From: Eledone cirrhosa
Lineage: Eukaryota
Assembly (NCBI GenBank): GCA_964016885.1
Contig: OZ024747.1
Span: 41,602,001 to 41,666,000 of the forward strand
DNA: 64,000 bases
Direction: 5' to 3'
Shown: positions 1-12,795 of the stretch, piece after piece
Layout: each line of letters starts with the position of its first letter
How positions within the stretch are numbered: position 1 is the stretch's first letter
Notes under the pieces: generated by a model
The model's database searches: none
Told to the model about the DNA's origin: nothing
Seen by the model: the letters and a program-made list of their open reading frames with translations, nothing else
Program-made: the position numbers and the translations under genes

Positions 1-254
1 AACACCCCTTTAACAACAGAAAATCGAAAAATAAAAGCTGCAGTTAATATCTTTAGACCGCAAGGAATATATAAATGCAAGTTTGAAGTCAACCGGGGTA
101 GAAATGTGGATTTGTATAGACTTTGCAAAAATGAGGACAACAACACACACGCACGCACGCGCGCGCACACGAAAAAAGCTGACGCACAATTTGATTTCTT
201 CCATTTAAAAAAACAAGATGGGTAAAGTTTATGGGTTTCTTTATCTTGACTGAT

Positions 255-400
255 GGTGTAATGCAACCTGGTGAGGCACTGTGTAATGGAACCTAGTTAT
301 GCACTGTAATGTGGCTCTATGTAATGGAGCCTGGTGAGACACTGTGTAATGTGGTCTTGTGTGGTACTGTGTAATGGTGCTTGGTGAGGCACTGTGTATT
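255..400. repeat. Degenerate minisatellite of about 27 bp
   Basis: About 5-6 diverged copies of TGTAATGnnnCCTGGTGAGGCACTG. Confidence 0.7.
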
Positions 401-1167
401 GCTAATGTCAAAAATGAATTGGACTTGTTAGTAGTCTAGCCATTTCAACTATTATGAAATTCATGACTTTGGGGTGTAAACAATTCTGTCTGATTCCAAA
501 TATTCTGCGTTATTATTTCTAACCATAAATAACTATTGGTAGTGGTTATTTTTCACTAAAATGATAATAATAATAATTTCCATTGCTGAAAATAATCAGC
601 TGTTAAAATATCATTTAATATTTGCTTATATAGTTTTTATCTTTTTATAAAATATAATTATTTTCCTCTAAAGTTCTAATTACCAATTATGTTAAATTAC
701 TTTTTAACTCCATTTTTTTTTCATTTTTGCTCAATTGATCTAAAGTTACAACACCCGAGTTCATTTGAGAATGATTATTATTATTTTGTTTTATTTAGAT
801 TTTGAAATTAAGAAACACAAATGTCTCATATAGTTAAATTATTTCAGAAGTTTTCTATTAATTCTAATCAGTTTCTAATTGGTGATTTTCTTGTGGGGAA
901 TTGGCTTTTGTAGAAAATATTTACTATATAATCTGCAAGGAACATTTTCGTATTTAATGACTTGAAATTTAATTGACTCAAAACTGCTTGAAATTGAATT
1001 AGTCAACTGTTAGTTGTTGTTACTGTTGTTGTTAAGCGCCAAGTCAGCTTTGATCAAGCAGACGTATTATCAAAGGCGTTCAAGCTATGACTATCCTATC
1101 TTTTTTTTTCAGCAACAATATACTCTGGATTACATTGTCTTATGTTTCTGTTGTTAAAATATATATA

Positions 1168-1615
1168 TATCATCATCATCATCGTTTAACATCCATCTTC
1201 CACGCTAGCATGGGTTGGACAGATTTGTATCACTTGAGGCAAGATTAGTCGGGTGACCGTGTCTCGCTCATACTGAATTGTTTCTAGCAGATTTTCTATG
1301 GCTGAATGCCCTTCCTAACACCAACCACATTTACAGTGTGGACTGGAAGCCTTTTTACCGTGTCTCCCACACGACCACTTTACAGTGTGGACTGGGTGAT
1401 TTTTGTTGTGTCACTTACATGACCACTTTACAGTGGACAGAAGTAGGGGGTGTGGATTGAGGTGGGGTAGATATTGGGTTAAGAGGTGCCTACTGGCTGT
1501 AGGTTTCAGTTTGTATGTAAGAGAAGGCAGGTTTTCTGTATAACTGCATATTGCCAAAGATCTCGATCTAGTGACATTGTCTCAGAGAGGTGTAAGTGAG
1601 CAAGGTCAGTTTTTA
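1168..1615 (-). mobile_element. 3' end of an RTE-clade LINE (ORF C-terminus, 3' UTR, (GAT)n tail)
   Basis: Minus strand encodes KTDLAHLHLSETMSLDRDLWQYAVIQKT, matching the C-terminus of the 3882..5048 ORF. The 3' UTR matches 5160-5540 and ends in a (CAT)n run on + at about 1170. Confidence 0.88.
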
Positions 1616-1635
1616 TCGCCTCGCGCGCACGCACA

Positions 1636-2640
<1,005 letters not shown>

Positions 2641-2769
2641 CATGAAATAAAAGGTCCGACTAAAGGACACAACACACCCCTCAGTCTTGGAATCAAAGTC
2701 ACAAACTCAAAATTGTAAGCCCAACATTCAAACCACTAAGCCGTACACATAGATTACATTATTTAATTG

Positions 2770-2946
2770 AATTGGCAGTATCGGTAGAGGGTTAGACATG
2801 CTTCCTAGCATAGTTACGTCCCTTTACGATCTGAGTTCAAATCCCGCCGAGTTAACTTTGGCTTTCATCCTTACAGGGTCGATAAAATAAAGTACCAGTA
2901 ATGTACTGGGATAATTGCTGGCCTTGTGCCAAAAGTAGAAACAATA
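2770..2946 (+). mobile_element. tRNA-derived SINE (family A)
   Basis: A-box-like TGGCAGTATCGG and B-box GAGTTCAAATCC; body CTTTCATCC..GGGTCGATAAAATAAAGTACCAG. Very similar copies at 9092-9277 and 25212-25370. Confidence 0.85.
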
Positions 2947-3261
2947 TTTTAATAATTTCTTTTTTTTAAATGGCAGGTTTGTGCTTTCATTACGCCTTTT
3001 CTTTCTTTGACCTTCACTTTTAGATGAACGGCAAGACTAGTAACATTAGATTCTGCATTTCTCGTGACTAGTTCTAAGATTTCCCCCTAACTACAACAAA
3101 CTGCTAGTTAATAGGTTTTACAACAAAATAATCTTCACAAGATTTCAGTGTAACAAATATCAGATTATTAAAACTATAACATTGCATGCTACAAGCCGAC
3201 AGCTATATTGTTACATGTGTCATAGCTCTATCAAATGTACTTTTATAACATTAGTAAAGTC

Positions 3262-3375
3262 ATGTTAGAATGACAAATAGAATACTTTGTAGCATTCATT
3301 CCAGCTCTCTGTGCTCTGAGATCAATTTTACCTTTCATCTTTGTGGTGTCAATAAAAAAATACTGGGGTCAATTC
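3262..3375 (+). mobile_element. Degraded SINE family A fragment
   Basis: CCTTTCATCTTTGTGGTGTCAATAAAA..TACTGGGGTCAA resembles the body of 2770-2946. Confidence 0.55.
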
Positions 3376-3892
3376 TTCTTCTATATCTCTCTCACTTCAT
3401 CTCCCCCATTCTCTTCTCATTTCTCTAAAAGAAATTGGCTGTGTTCAAACCAGGAGAGGGATGGGTTCTGCTCAATATCCCTATGACTCCATCAGGAGTT
3501 ACTGGTCTATACATATAAAACATCAATAATACTTCTTACTTGTTGAAGATCAATGATCAGTACCTATGATAGAAAGCAAAAGTATTCTTTTTCTTTCAAA
3601 TAGTCTGTACGCTTTATATAACAAATTAACATCAAGTATGTGTACAAGAAATAAACATACCTGACGAAGATTTTCAATCAGTGCTTCTCAAGAAATGCAT
3701 TCAATTTATACATACTTTTAGTACACATGACTTGATTAAATGGACTGAGTTTCTATACTAAGTTCTGCATAGAAATGACAAGTCTTCGTATTCTGATGAT
3801 ATTCGGTACTGCTGCTATTGTGAAAAATTCTTGATTCTGAGATTTGCCATTTAAAACATTTTGTTTTATTAGGTTCCATTATTGTGTATATA

Positions 3893-5539
3893 TGACGAAT
3901 GGCTTGTGAGAGCTATACAAGCCAAGTATAAAGAAACAGTCAGTAAGGTTAGAATTAACAACGAAAATAGTGAAGAGTTTAGCGTAAAAGTTGGTGTCCA
4001 TCAGGGCTCTGTTCTTAGCCCCCTACTATTTATTATTGCCCTTCAGGCTATAACAGAGGAGTTCAAGACCGGCTGCCCATGGGAACTCCTATACGCAGAT
4101 GATCTAACGCTCATAGCTGAATCAATGACCGAACTAGAGAAGAAATTCCAAACATGGAAGCACGGCCTAGAATCAAAAGGCCTTAAAATTAACCTGGCTA
4201 AGACTAAAGTTCTAGTTTGTAGGAAAGAAAATAAGGCGGCAGTCCCATCTGGGAAATGGCCATGCTCAGTGTGTAGGAAAGGCGTAGGTAGAAACTCCAT
4301 TTTATGTCCCAAATGCAAAGTATGGGTGCATAAAAGATGTAGTGGGATCACAGGTAAGCTAACTAAGAACATAGATTTTACATGTGGCCGGTGCTCTGGT
4401 GCAATAAGTAGCAGCAAGTGCCCACAAAATACTAGCTCCTTCAACTGCGCAGAGGGTTCTATAGAAATAGTGGACAGCTTCCGTTACCTGGGTGACAAAA
4501 TCAGCAGTGGGGGAGGGTGCTCTGAAAGTACAGTAGCTAGAGTCAGAACTGGATGGAAAAAGTTCAGAGAGCTTATACCACTATTAGCCGCTAGAGGGTT
4601 CTCCCTAAAAATGAAAGGCAGGTTATACGATGCCTGCATACGAACAGCAATGCTGCATGGCAGTGAGACCTGGGCATTGTGTGCAGAGGATATACGCAGA
4701 CTAGAGAGGAACGAAGCTTGCATGCTCCGCTGGATGTGCAATAGTAATATACGTGAACGGCAAAGCATAAACGAACTAAGGAAAAAATTAGAAATAAGAG
4801 GGACCAGATGTTGTTTACTCGAGAGAAGGCTACGTTGGTACGGTCACGTGATGCGCATGAAAGACGACAGCTGTATAACAAAGTGCAGGGCAATAAAGAT
4901 AGACGGTAGCCACGGAGTAGGCAGACCCAGAAAAACATGGGACGAGCTGATAAATTCCGACCTCACACGCTTACACCTCTCCAAGACAATGTCACTGGAC
5001 CGAGACCTTTGGCGGTACTCAGTAATAGAGAAGACCCGCCTTACCTAAATACAAAGTAAAAACCTACTACAGTCAGTAGGCATCTCTATCAAAACACACC
5101 CCCGTCCCACCACCTCCACACCGCCCCTTTCAATGTAAAGTTATGTTGGTCCCACAACATCCAGGCCGAAACAAATGAGATCGTGTAGGTGTCACGACAA
5201 AAAAACACACAGTCCACGCTGTAAATGTGGCCGTGTAGGCAACACGGTAAAAACCTCCCAGCCCCACACTGTAAATGTGGTTGGTGTTAGGAAGGGCATC
5301 CAGCTGTAGAAAACCCGCCAGACAGTCCACGCTGTAATGTGGCCGTGTAGGCAACACGGTAAAAACCTCCCAGCCCCACACTGTAAATGTGGTTGGTGTT
5401 AGGAAGGGCATCCAACTGTAGAAAACCCGCCAGACAGTCCTGTGCGAGCAAGACAACCACTCTTGCCTCAAGTGGGAAAACCCCCGTCCAAACCCATGCA
5501 AGCGTGGAACACGGATGCTAAACCTGATGATGATGATGA

Positions 5540-5541
<2 letters not shown>
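3893..5541 (+). mobile_element. 5'-truncated RTE-clade LINE with an open RT ORF remnant, 3' UTR and (GAT)n tail
   Basis: ORF 3882..5048 is uninterrupted: GVHQGSVLSPLLF, LLYADDL, GLKINLAKT, FRYLG, MLHGSETW, RRLRWYGHVMRM, GRPRKTW. The 3' UTR has about 50-bp subrepeats and a ~113-bp tandem duplication (5211-5440). Tail TGATGATGATGAT at about 5525. Confidence 0.96.
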
Positions 5542-5570
<29 letters not shown>

Positions 5571-5964
5571 ACAACTTTTCAACCTACAATGATTTTTGAT
5601 TCTCATAGATTTTCTAATAAAAATGTCAGTCATTGTGAATAATTAATAATAACTGTATTACATGAAACTGTGTCAGCAAGATATTCTTAAAAAGTATAAA
5701 ACAGCATTGTGACTGCTTCTTCATCATCATAATCATTTAAGGCTTGCTTTTGTTGCTAGAAATGGTTAGACTAGTCTTCATAGACTGTCAGTACTGAAGC
5801 AGGGCTACTGACCTCCCATACAGGCTACAAGCTAGGGGTCTGCATCTCACTTACGTATAGACTTACACTTTACTAAGTACACCATCACAAGAGGAGTTGT
5901 TATGTCTTTGACACAATAAAAGGGCCCTCCTAAATTTTTGTTTGGTAAGCTTTCCATTATCATA

Positions 5965-6212
5965 TTCAAAATTTTCACAATGGTCTGTCCAGAATAAAGA
6001 TACTATAAACATTTGAATTAACAAACCCCATGAAACTACATCAGCAAGACATTCTTGCAAAGTAGAAAACAGCAATATGACTGCATCATATTAAAAATTA
6101 GTCTTTACTCTAATAGTACAAATTTTCGCACAATGATCAATCCATTAGTAAAGATACTATAAACATTTGAATTAACAAACCAATTTTTGAATATTTTCTG
6201 CTAAATCATTAC
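5965..6212 (+). repeat. Unclassified dispersed repeat (related copies at 5655-5725 and 22490-22672)
   Basis: Shared CATGAAAC..CAGCAAGAYATTCTT and AAAGATACTATAAA..TTAACAAACC..AATATTTTCTGCTAAATCATT. Confidence 0.7.
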
Positions 6213-6369
6213 AGGTTGTTAAGAGTTAATAGAGGGGGAAAAAAGCTAAAAATGGGAGAACAAATGTTTTAAATTTTCAGTTTATAGAGACTTTCTGAGA
6301 TTACAATTGCAGGTCAAAATCAGTTGTTTCTATGAAAAAATATCACCCACTTTATAGAGTACCTATAAA

Positions 6370-6462
6370 GCATAGCTTAGTGGTTAGTGTTGGGCTTACA
6401 ATCATGAGGTTGTGAGTTCAATTCTCGGACTGGGCTTTGCGTTGTGTTCTTGAGCAAGACAC
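6370..6462 (+). mobile_element. 5' half of a tRNA-derived SINE (family B), interrupted by the CR1 LINE
   Basis: A box TAGCTTAGTGG and B box GAGTTCAATTC, then GTGTTCTTGAGCAAGACAC. The expected continuation TTATTTCACGTTGCTCCAGTTCACTCAGCTG resumes at about 9078/9282. Confidence 0.8.
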
Positions 6463-9075
6463 AGATTCCTACGTCAAAAGTATCAACCTTGACTTCATTA
6501 CAGTCACGGAAACATGGGCACATTCCTTACTCTGTGATGGGGTTTTCAGCATAGCTGGCTACAACTTGCTTCGTAAAGATTGCATTAATCGTCGTGGTGA
6601 TGGTGTAATGGTCTACATTTTCAGCAATTCCTTGCGTTGATTTGAACCAATTGCAGCAAGAAGTATTTTTCTGCGATATACGTATGACCATGTCAACTCT
6701 GCTACTTGGAGTTGTTTACCTCCCCCTCCCAATTACCATCAGGACACTCAGCTTTGTGATATCCTCATAGCTGCTGCAAGGAAAACAGCCACTTGTGTTT
6801 TTATTGCAGGGGACTTCAATCACCCTGAGATTGACTGGGGAAACCTTTTGTTGACCACAAAGTGCAAAGGATTTAACTTGTGCTGGACTGGAACTGGTCC
6901 CAAGTAGTCACCTTTCCAACAAGAGGTGACAACACTTTGGATCTACTCTTCACCACTACTCCTGAAACAGTTATTAGTGTTACTACTGAGGAACCTTTAG
7001 GTGACTCTGATCATGCTATTATCATTGCCAATCTATCCCTCATGAGCAGTAACAAAAACCACAACCCTCTCCAAACTGCTCACTTTGACTGGAATAAAGC
7101 AGACTGCAATGAGCTGCAACATTGAAACTGGCTTGAGTTTTACGACTCTGGAGATGTCAACACTGTATGCCAGAACATCCTGAACTCAATATGGACAGCA
7201 TGTGCAGCATCCGTGCCACGTAAGCAGAAAAAACATCCCAAAAGTGCAATTTGGAGGACTGCAGGAAAGAACATCGTAATGCTGAACATGAGTACAAACT
7301 GCATAAATCAGATAACAATAGGAAAAAGCGAAATAAATCATCCAACCATCTCAAGCAGGTGACAAAAAAGGCAGTGCTTGAATTTGAACAGCGCATAGCA
7401 ACCAACACTGACAGTAAGGTGTTCTGAAAATATGTACACCCAAAGCAGAGGCCTCATGCTCCAGTTGGTCCTCTTCGCAATCCCCACACAAGCCAGATTA
7501 CTGACGACCCCAAGGAATGTGCAGAACTCATTGCTGAATGCTATGCAGGCATTTTCAATGTTGAAGACCAAAATGTACCATCTCCACCACCTGTGACATA
7601 AAATTCTATAACAACTATGGAATTTACACCTGCAATGTTGTGACGTCACCTTAAAAATAAACACAACCATGCCTCTCCTGGTCTTGATGGTGTTACGTAC
7701 CTGCTTCTCAAACGTGGTGGGTACTTCCTTCTGCACCAGCTATCACTCTTCTTTCAATTCTGTCTGAACAATGGTGCTACTCCGGAGCAGTGGAAAACTG
7801 CCAGTGTCGTTCCTCTGTTCAAAGAGGGTGACCGCACATCACCTGTCAACTATCGTCCAGTCAGTCTTACTAGCTGCATTGCCAAACTGATGGAATCCTG
7901 TGGCAAAACTCTCTGCAATGGGTGTGCGAGATGATCTTTTTAACTGGTTGAAGTCCTTCATTCTCAGTTGAGGAGAGGTAGTCACGGTTCTAGGACAGCA
8001 TTCCTCACCATATGAGATGTCATCTGGTGTACCACAGGGATCTGTTCTTGGTCCCCTTTTGTTTGTGGCATATATTAATGACATAGATGCCAACTTAAAG
8101 AATGCCACAGTGTTGAAATATGCAGATGACATCAAGCTGTACCTTGAGATAAAAAGGACAGATCCTGAACACTATAGATCTTTCTTGCAATCAGACCTGG
8201 ACACAGTGCAGCAATGGATCACAGACTGGCAACTCAAGTTGGCTGTAGACAAGTGTACCACCATGCATTTTGGGAGGAAAAACCCAGCTTCTACACACTC
8301 CCTCCACAACACTGATATCAAGAAGTCTTCTTGTGAACGTGACCTGGGCATTATTTTCAACAGCGATTTGTGTTGGACAAAGCACATGTCTAAAATTGGC
8401 CGAGGGTGTCTTAGCATCACTCAGCAAGTCCTTTATCAGCTGCTCTCCAGTTATCTATTTAAAGCTGTATATAGCTATGGTGTGGCCACACTTAGAATTT
8501 GCATCACCAGTCTGGAACCCCTATCTTGCTCAGAACATTGTCCACCTGGAAACTGTTCAGAGACGTGCAACCAAGCGAATACTCTCCATCAGGCATCTAC
8601 CATACTCTGAACGCCTTGCTTCTCTGGGCATGGATACATTGAAGCTGCGACATCTGGCAACTGACTTGGTAAACACCCACAAAATTATTAACCATCTTGC
8701 CAACAACAACCCTGAGCACCTTTTTGAATTCCATGTGTCTAACACACGTGGACATGCCCACAAAGTCAGAAAACAGCACAGCTCTCATTACTTTCAGAAA
8801 CATTTTTTCACGCTCAGAGTTCCTGAAGCATGGAACAAACTACCTACATCAGTTGTTAGCTGCCGAGACACTGCATCCTTTAAAACCTCCATGCTTCCTG
8901 AAATTTGCCAACACTACACCTGATGTCCCTCCTCTATACACACACACTCACACATGTATTTCAGGACTCATACACTGTTCATTTTCCTGACATTTGAACA
9001 TTATTCTATGTACTATACATACACCTTTGATGAGTTGTAGTGCACCTGAGCACTGTACACAATAATTTCATTCAT
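6463..9075 (+). mobile_element. Decayed CR1-clade LINE (APE endonuclease, RT, 3' end)
   Basis: Endonuclease motifs ITVTETW, GYNLLRKD, GDFN, TRGDNTLDL and LGDSDH; RT motifs NYRPVSLT, SGVPQGSVLGPLLF and KYADDIK; CR1-type C-terminus LETVQRRATK..FFTLRV..WNKLP. Many stops and frameshifts, plus an internal deletion near 7900. Confidence 0.93.
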
Positions 9076-9091
9076 TATTATTTCACGTTGC

Positions 9092-9277
9092 AGGGCGGTG
9101 GATTGGCAGTATAGTTAGAGTCGGACGCTATGCTTTGCAGCAAAGAGTTACGTCCCTTTACGATCTGAGTTCAAATCCCGCCAAGGTTAACTTTGCCTTT
9201 CATCCTTACATGGTCGATAAAATAAAGTACCAGTAATGTACTGGGTAATTGCTGGCCTTGTGCCAAATGTAGAAACA
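9092..9277 (+). mobile_element. tRNA-derived SINE (family A) with flanking direct repeats
   Basis: Complete 5' end GGGCGGTGGATTGGCAG and B box GAGTTCAAATCC; flanked by ATTATTATTTCACGTTGC at 9074-9091 and 9278-9295. Confidence 0.9.
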
Positions 9278-9281
9278 ATTA

Positions 9282-9497
9282 TTATTTCACGTTGCTCCAG
9301 TTCACTCAGCTGTAGAAATGAGTTGCCATGTCACTGGTGCCAATCTGGACAACATGAGTTGCGTGGAGAGGGGAAACTGGTATGCATGGGCGACTGCTGG
9401 TCTTCCACAAACAACCTAGCCCGTACTTATGCCTTGGAGGGGAACTCTCTAGGTGCAAATCTCATGGTCATTCATGACCGAAGGGAGTCTTTACCCA
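9282..9497 (+). mobile_element. 3' half of SINE family B
   Basis: TTATTTCACGTTGCTCCAGTTCACTCAGCTGTAGAAATGAG continues the 6370-6462 segment; the same junction is intact in the copies at 22960-23065 and 24753-24967. Confidence 0.75.
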
Positions 9498-9665
9498 TAC
9501 AAGTTCAAATCTTCTGACATAAATTTTATATAAGAACCATGTGTTAAATTGTTATCTTAGTAATGAAATAAATGATAATTTCAATAAATCCCTCAAAATA
9601 TTTCATTAACTACTTAATCATAGATACAAATTGATATAGTTCAGATTTTAGTCAATTACTAATTA

Positions 9666-9885
9666 CTGCATATACTCAAATATAAGCCGAGGAATATGTG
9701 ACCAAAAAAATATTGATGGTAAAATGGGGCTGGTGTGAGCTTAATATCCCATCTAGACAATGGGTTGATTAGCTGTGTCAGCTTATAAACGGGGTTTGGA
9801 TTTTTGCCCATTTCTCAGACATGAAATCCCAGGTGGTGTGGGGGTCAGCTTATATTCAGATCTGCTTATATTCGAGCATTTATGA
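9666..9885. mobile_element. Tc1/mariner (pogo-like) MITE
   Basis: TA-flanked imperfect TIRs CTGCATATACTCAAATATAAG / CTTATATTCGAGCATTTATGA, with internal AGCTTATA repeats. Confidence 0.65.
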
Positions 9886-10617
9886 TAATAAATGATATAA
9901 TTCTTTCTTGTTTGGATTCTTTGTACAATCAAATATTTTCTCAATTTATCTTTTCTATAAAAATTGTCACCAACTATCCAAAATTATATTTTCATAGCAA
10001 CTACTGCATTATTATTATTATTTTTTCATAAAACTAACAATGATCTTTTTATTTTTTTTGTTTCTCTGTTTCTTCTGAGACATAAAATCAATAAAAACGA
10101 ATTGTTAGTGCTGTTGCTATGTTTACATCCATTTCCTCTCTTCTTTTAACACTGCAATCCACCTTACAATTTTAAGCCTGCTCTCATTATTCTTTTCTAC
10201 TATCTTATGTAAGTCTAGTCAGTCTTTATTGAATTCTGAAATGAGATTTTTGCTGCACTGTCTCATGTAGTTCAAAGGGAACAAAAAGCATCATTTATTA
10301 TTATCATCATTATTAAATGTTTTGTTTTTTTTTGTTTTGTGTGTGTGTGTTTTTTCTTTCTTTTTTTCTTTATTTCAATCTTGTAGCCTACTTAGAAGTT
10401 CAAGTATTGTTTTCTTGAAGATATAGTGCTATATGTGTGGCCCAGTTAAAATTATAAACACTTTTGGTATCAGTTGTTTTAACTGTGTCGTTTAACTGCA
10501 TTTATGCTTTGTATATAACAAGATGACTAGTTTTGATGTCAGTGTCTTTTGTTAGAAGCTCTATTTCACTCCCCCCTCTCTTTCTACACATGCACACACA
10601 TTATATATATATATATA

Positions 10618-10764
10618 TCCATCATCACCACCGTTTAATGTACATTTTTCCATGCTAGCATGTATTAGATGAGTTGTCTTGTGAGATAAGCCAGGTCAGA
10701 TGACCGGTCATGTTCATACAGAACTGATTTTTTCTTGGTTTCTATGGCTGGATGCCCTTCTAAT
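10618..10764 (-). mobile_element. RTE-3'-related short element (tail fragment)
   Basis: TTCTATGGCTGGATGCCCTTC and TTCCATGCTAGCATG match 1190-1320; (CAT)n tail. Confidence 0.75.
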
Positions 10765-10765
10765 A

Positions 10766-10992
10766 TATAAAGCAGTATTTTGTTAATTGAAGGTGCCAAC
10801 AATGAGAAATGGACGATAGATTTTGGAATATATTGAAGGCAACAAAGATGTGTGTCATCTGTTATTTTATTTACCTGTCATAAGGACAGGTAAATATAAA
10901 AGCATCTTTGTTGCCTTCAATTTATTCTGAAATCTATTATCTATTTTGCATTGTTGTAGCCTTCAAATAACAAAATAACATACTGCTTTATA
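10766..10992. mobile_element. Foldback/palindromic MITE, about 227 bp
   Basis: Arms TATAAAGCAGTAT...TTGAAGGCAACAAAGATG and CATCTTTGTTGCCTTCAA...ATACTGCTTTATA; central stem TATTTACCTGTC-ATAAG-GACAGGTAAATA. Confidence 0.85.
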
Positions 10993-11029
10993 CACTAACA
11001 CACTGTTCCAAGCAAACTTCAACACCCTC

Positions 11030-11070
<41 letters not shown>

Positions 11071-11528
11071 CTCCAAATTCTTAAGTTATTGAGCTTCTTA
11101 TACTGTGACTAATACTTCACACCTCTTTCTAGCAGACTAGCAGATATGAAAATCAGTCCTATTTGTATCTGCTGCTACAGTTAAAACATTTTTCACACCA
11201 GTCCAGTTTCACAAAGTCTAGTTTTGACTACTTCTCGGAACATGGCAGATATAAAGGTACTTTTGTACTGTATTGGAACTTATCCGAAGACGATTTCCTC
11301 TGATGATTAGTTTCACCCCTTCCATAGTTCTACCACACTCGATAATTCGTAATAGATAATGGATTGCTTAAATCAATTTTTGCGACGGTTTACAACCTAT
11401 GAAATGAAACTGTAACCGTAAGGAAAATAAAAAATTTTCCACCTTAAAGTATGTACTGCTTCCTAAATATTATATGCTTTATATATATATGTACAAAATA
11501 CTGACTCTTTCTCTCTCTATATATATAT

Positions 11529-12355
11529 TCTATTCTAGGGCAGGTAAAATTCCCGAGATCCATGGACGAGTTCTCTCCAGCAGTCTCTGTCCCTCATTAT
11601 CGCTGCCATGTCCTGTGTCTCCAACAGACCAGTGTCTGTCCTTAGGGCATCAACATACGTTAACCTTGGTCTTCCTCTTCCAGAGTGTCCCTGTAGGGGC
11701 TCCCGCAGGAGCACTGAGTGCAATGTCAACTCTGGATGTCAACTCTGGCTTTACTGTAGCACCGGCTCAGAGCAGGAGAGTTAAGGCGAAAAAGATATCG
11801 GATGCTGAATTTGCCGACGACATAGTTTTGGTGACAAATACAGTGAAGGAGGCAGAGGATTTGATGCAGGAGGTTGAGACTGTGTCGATGAGTGCGGGGC
11901 TGAGAATGAATGAGACTAAAACAAAATATCTGGTAGAGAATGTTGAGAAGCCAGAGGGGATCACTAATGTAAGCGGGAAGCCGCTAGAATTGGTTGAGGA
12001 CTTCCTGTATTTGGGAGCAAAGATTGGGAATACGGAAGATGTGGTGGTTGAGAGGAAGAGCAAGGCCTGGGCGGTGTGCCACAGCTTGAGATCGGTGTGG
12101 AAGTCGGACCTTCGTAAAGACCTGAAAATCCGCCTCTTCATTGCTGTAGTGGAATCTGTGCTGCTGTAAGGGTCTGAGACTTGGACACTGACCAAGAAAC
12201 TTACTCAGATGGTGGATGGGTGCAACACGAGAATGCTGAGGATGGCTTTGAACATTAATCAGTATACACTGAGGATAAAAAACTCAGAGCTGTATGGGAG
12301 CCTCCCAAAAGTCAGCTCAAAAGTGACACAGAGGAGACTGAGGTTAGCTGGACAT
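11529..12355 (-). mobile_element. RTE-clade LINE insertion with a 5' inversion
   Basis: Minus strand 11738-11535 encodes the C-terminus HPELTLHSVLLREP..GRGRPRLTYVD..MRDRDCWR. Plus strand about 11747-12355 encodes the upstream RT part (DAEFADDIVL, GLRMNETKT, DFLYLG, ESVLL*GSETW, RRLRLAGH). CTCTCTCTATATATATAT lies on both flanks. Confidence 0.9.
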
Positions 12356-12387
<32 letters not shown>

Positions 12388-12559
12388 CATATATCTTTTA
12401 ATTTGAATTATTGACGCTCTGGACAAATGTTCATTGAGCTTTTCTGCTGAGAAACATAATCATTATATATGTTATGATACTTTAAATTAGTATGTATATA
12501 TATATATATATACACATACATACATAGACCAAAACGTCCTTTTACTTTCACCAGTTGAT

Positions 12560-12795
12560 TTTGACCCCTTCATTACAGTACATCTAATGAAATAAACGAC
12601 CAATGTTTTTCAATTAATTTTGAAAATCATAAACAATTTGGAGAAAGTTAATAAAGTAATTAACCTTTTCATTATTAAGCTGGTGTTTGGAACATTACTT
12701 ATCAAAAAAATTTTTTAATATAAATATTTTAAAATGGAGAGTTTTGTATCCTAAAACCAAGGTAGTTTCAAGCAGTTTAGTATTAAAAAACTTAA
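12560..12795. mobile_element. Degraded TTAA-type MITE (family of 18743-18997)
   Basis: Shares AATTTTGAAA, CATTATTAAGCTGGTGTTTGGAACAT and AACCAAGGTAGTTT with 18743-18997 and 17406-18403. Confidence 0.6.

Noticed and set aside
2770-2850. tRNA genes at the A/B-box motifs (also 6370, 9092 and 22960)
   Set aside because: No cloverleaf can be formed, and the boxes run into repeated SINE bodies.
3660-3705. Hammerhead-like CTGACGAAG
   Set aside because: No correctly placed GAAA follows a stem II, and there are no supporting stems.
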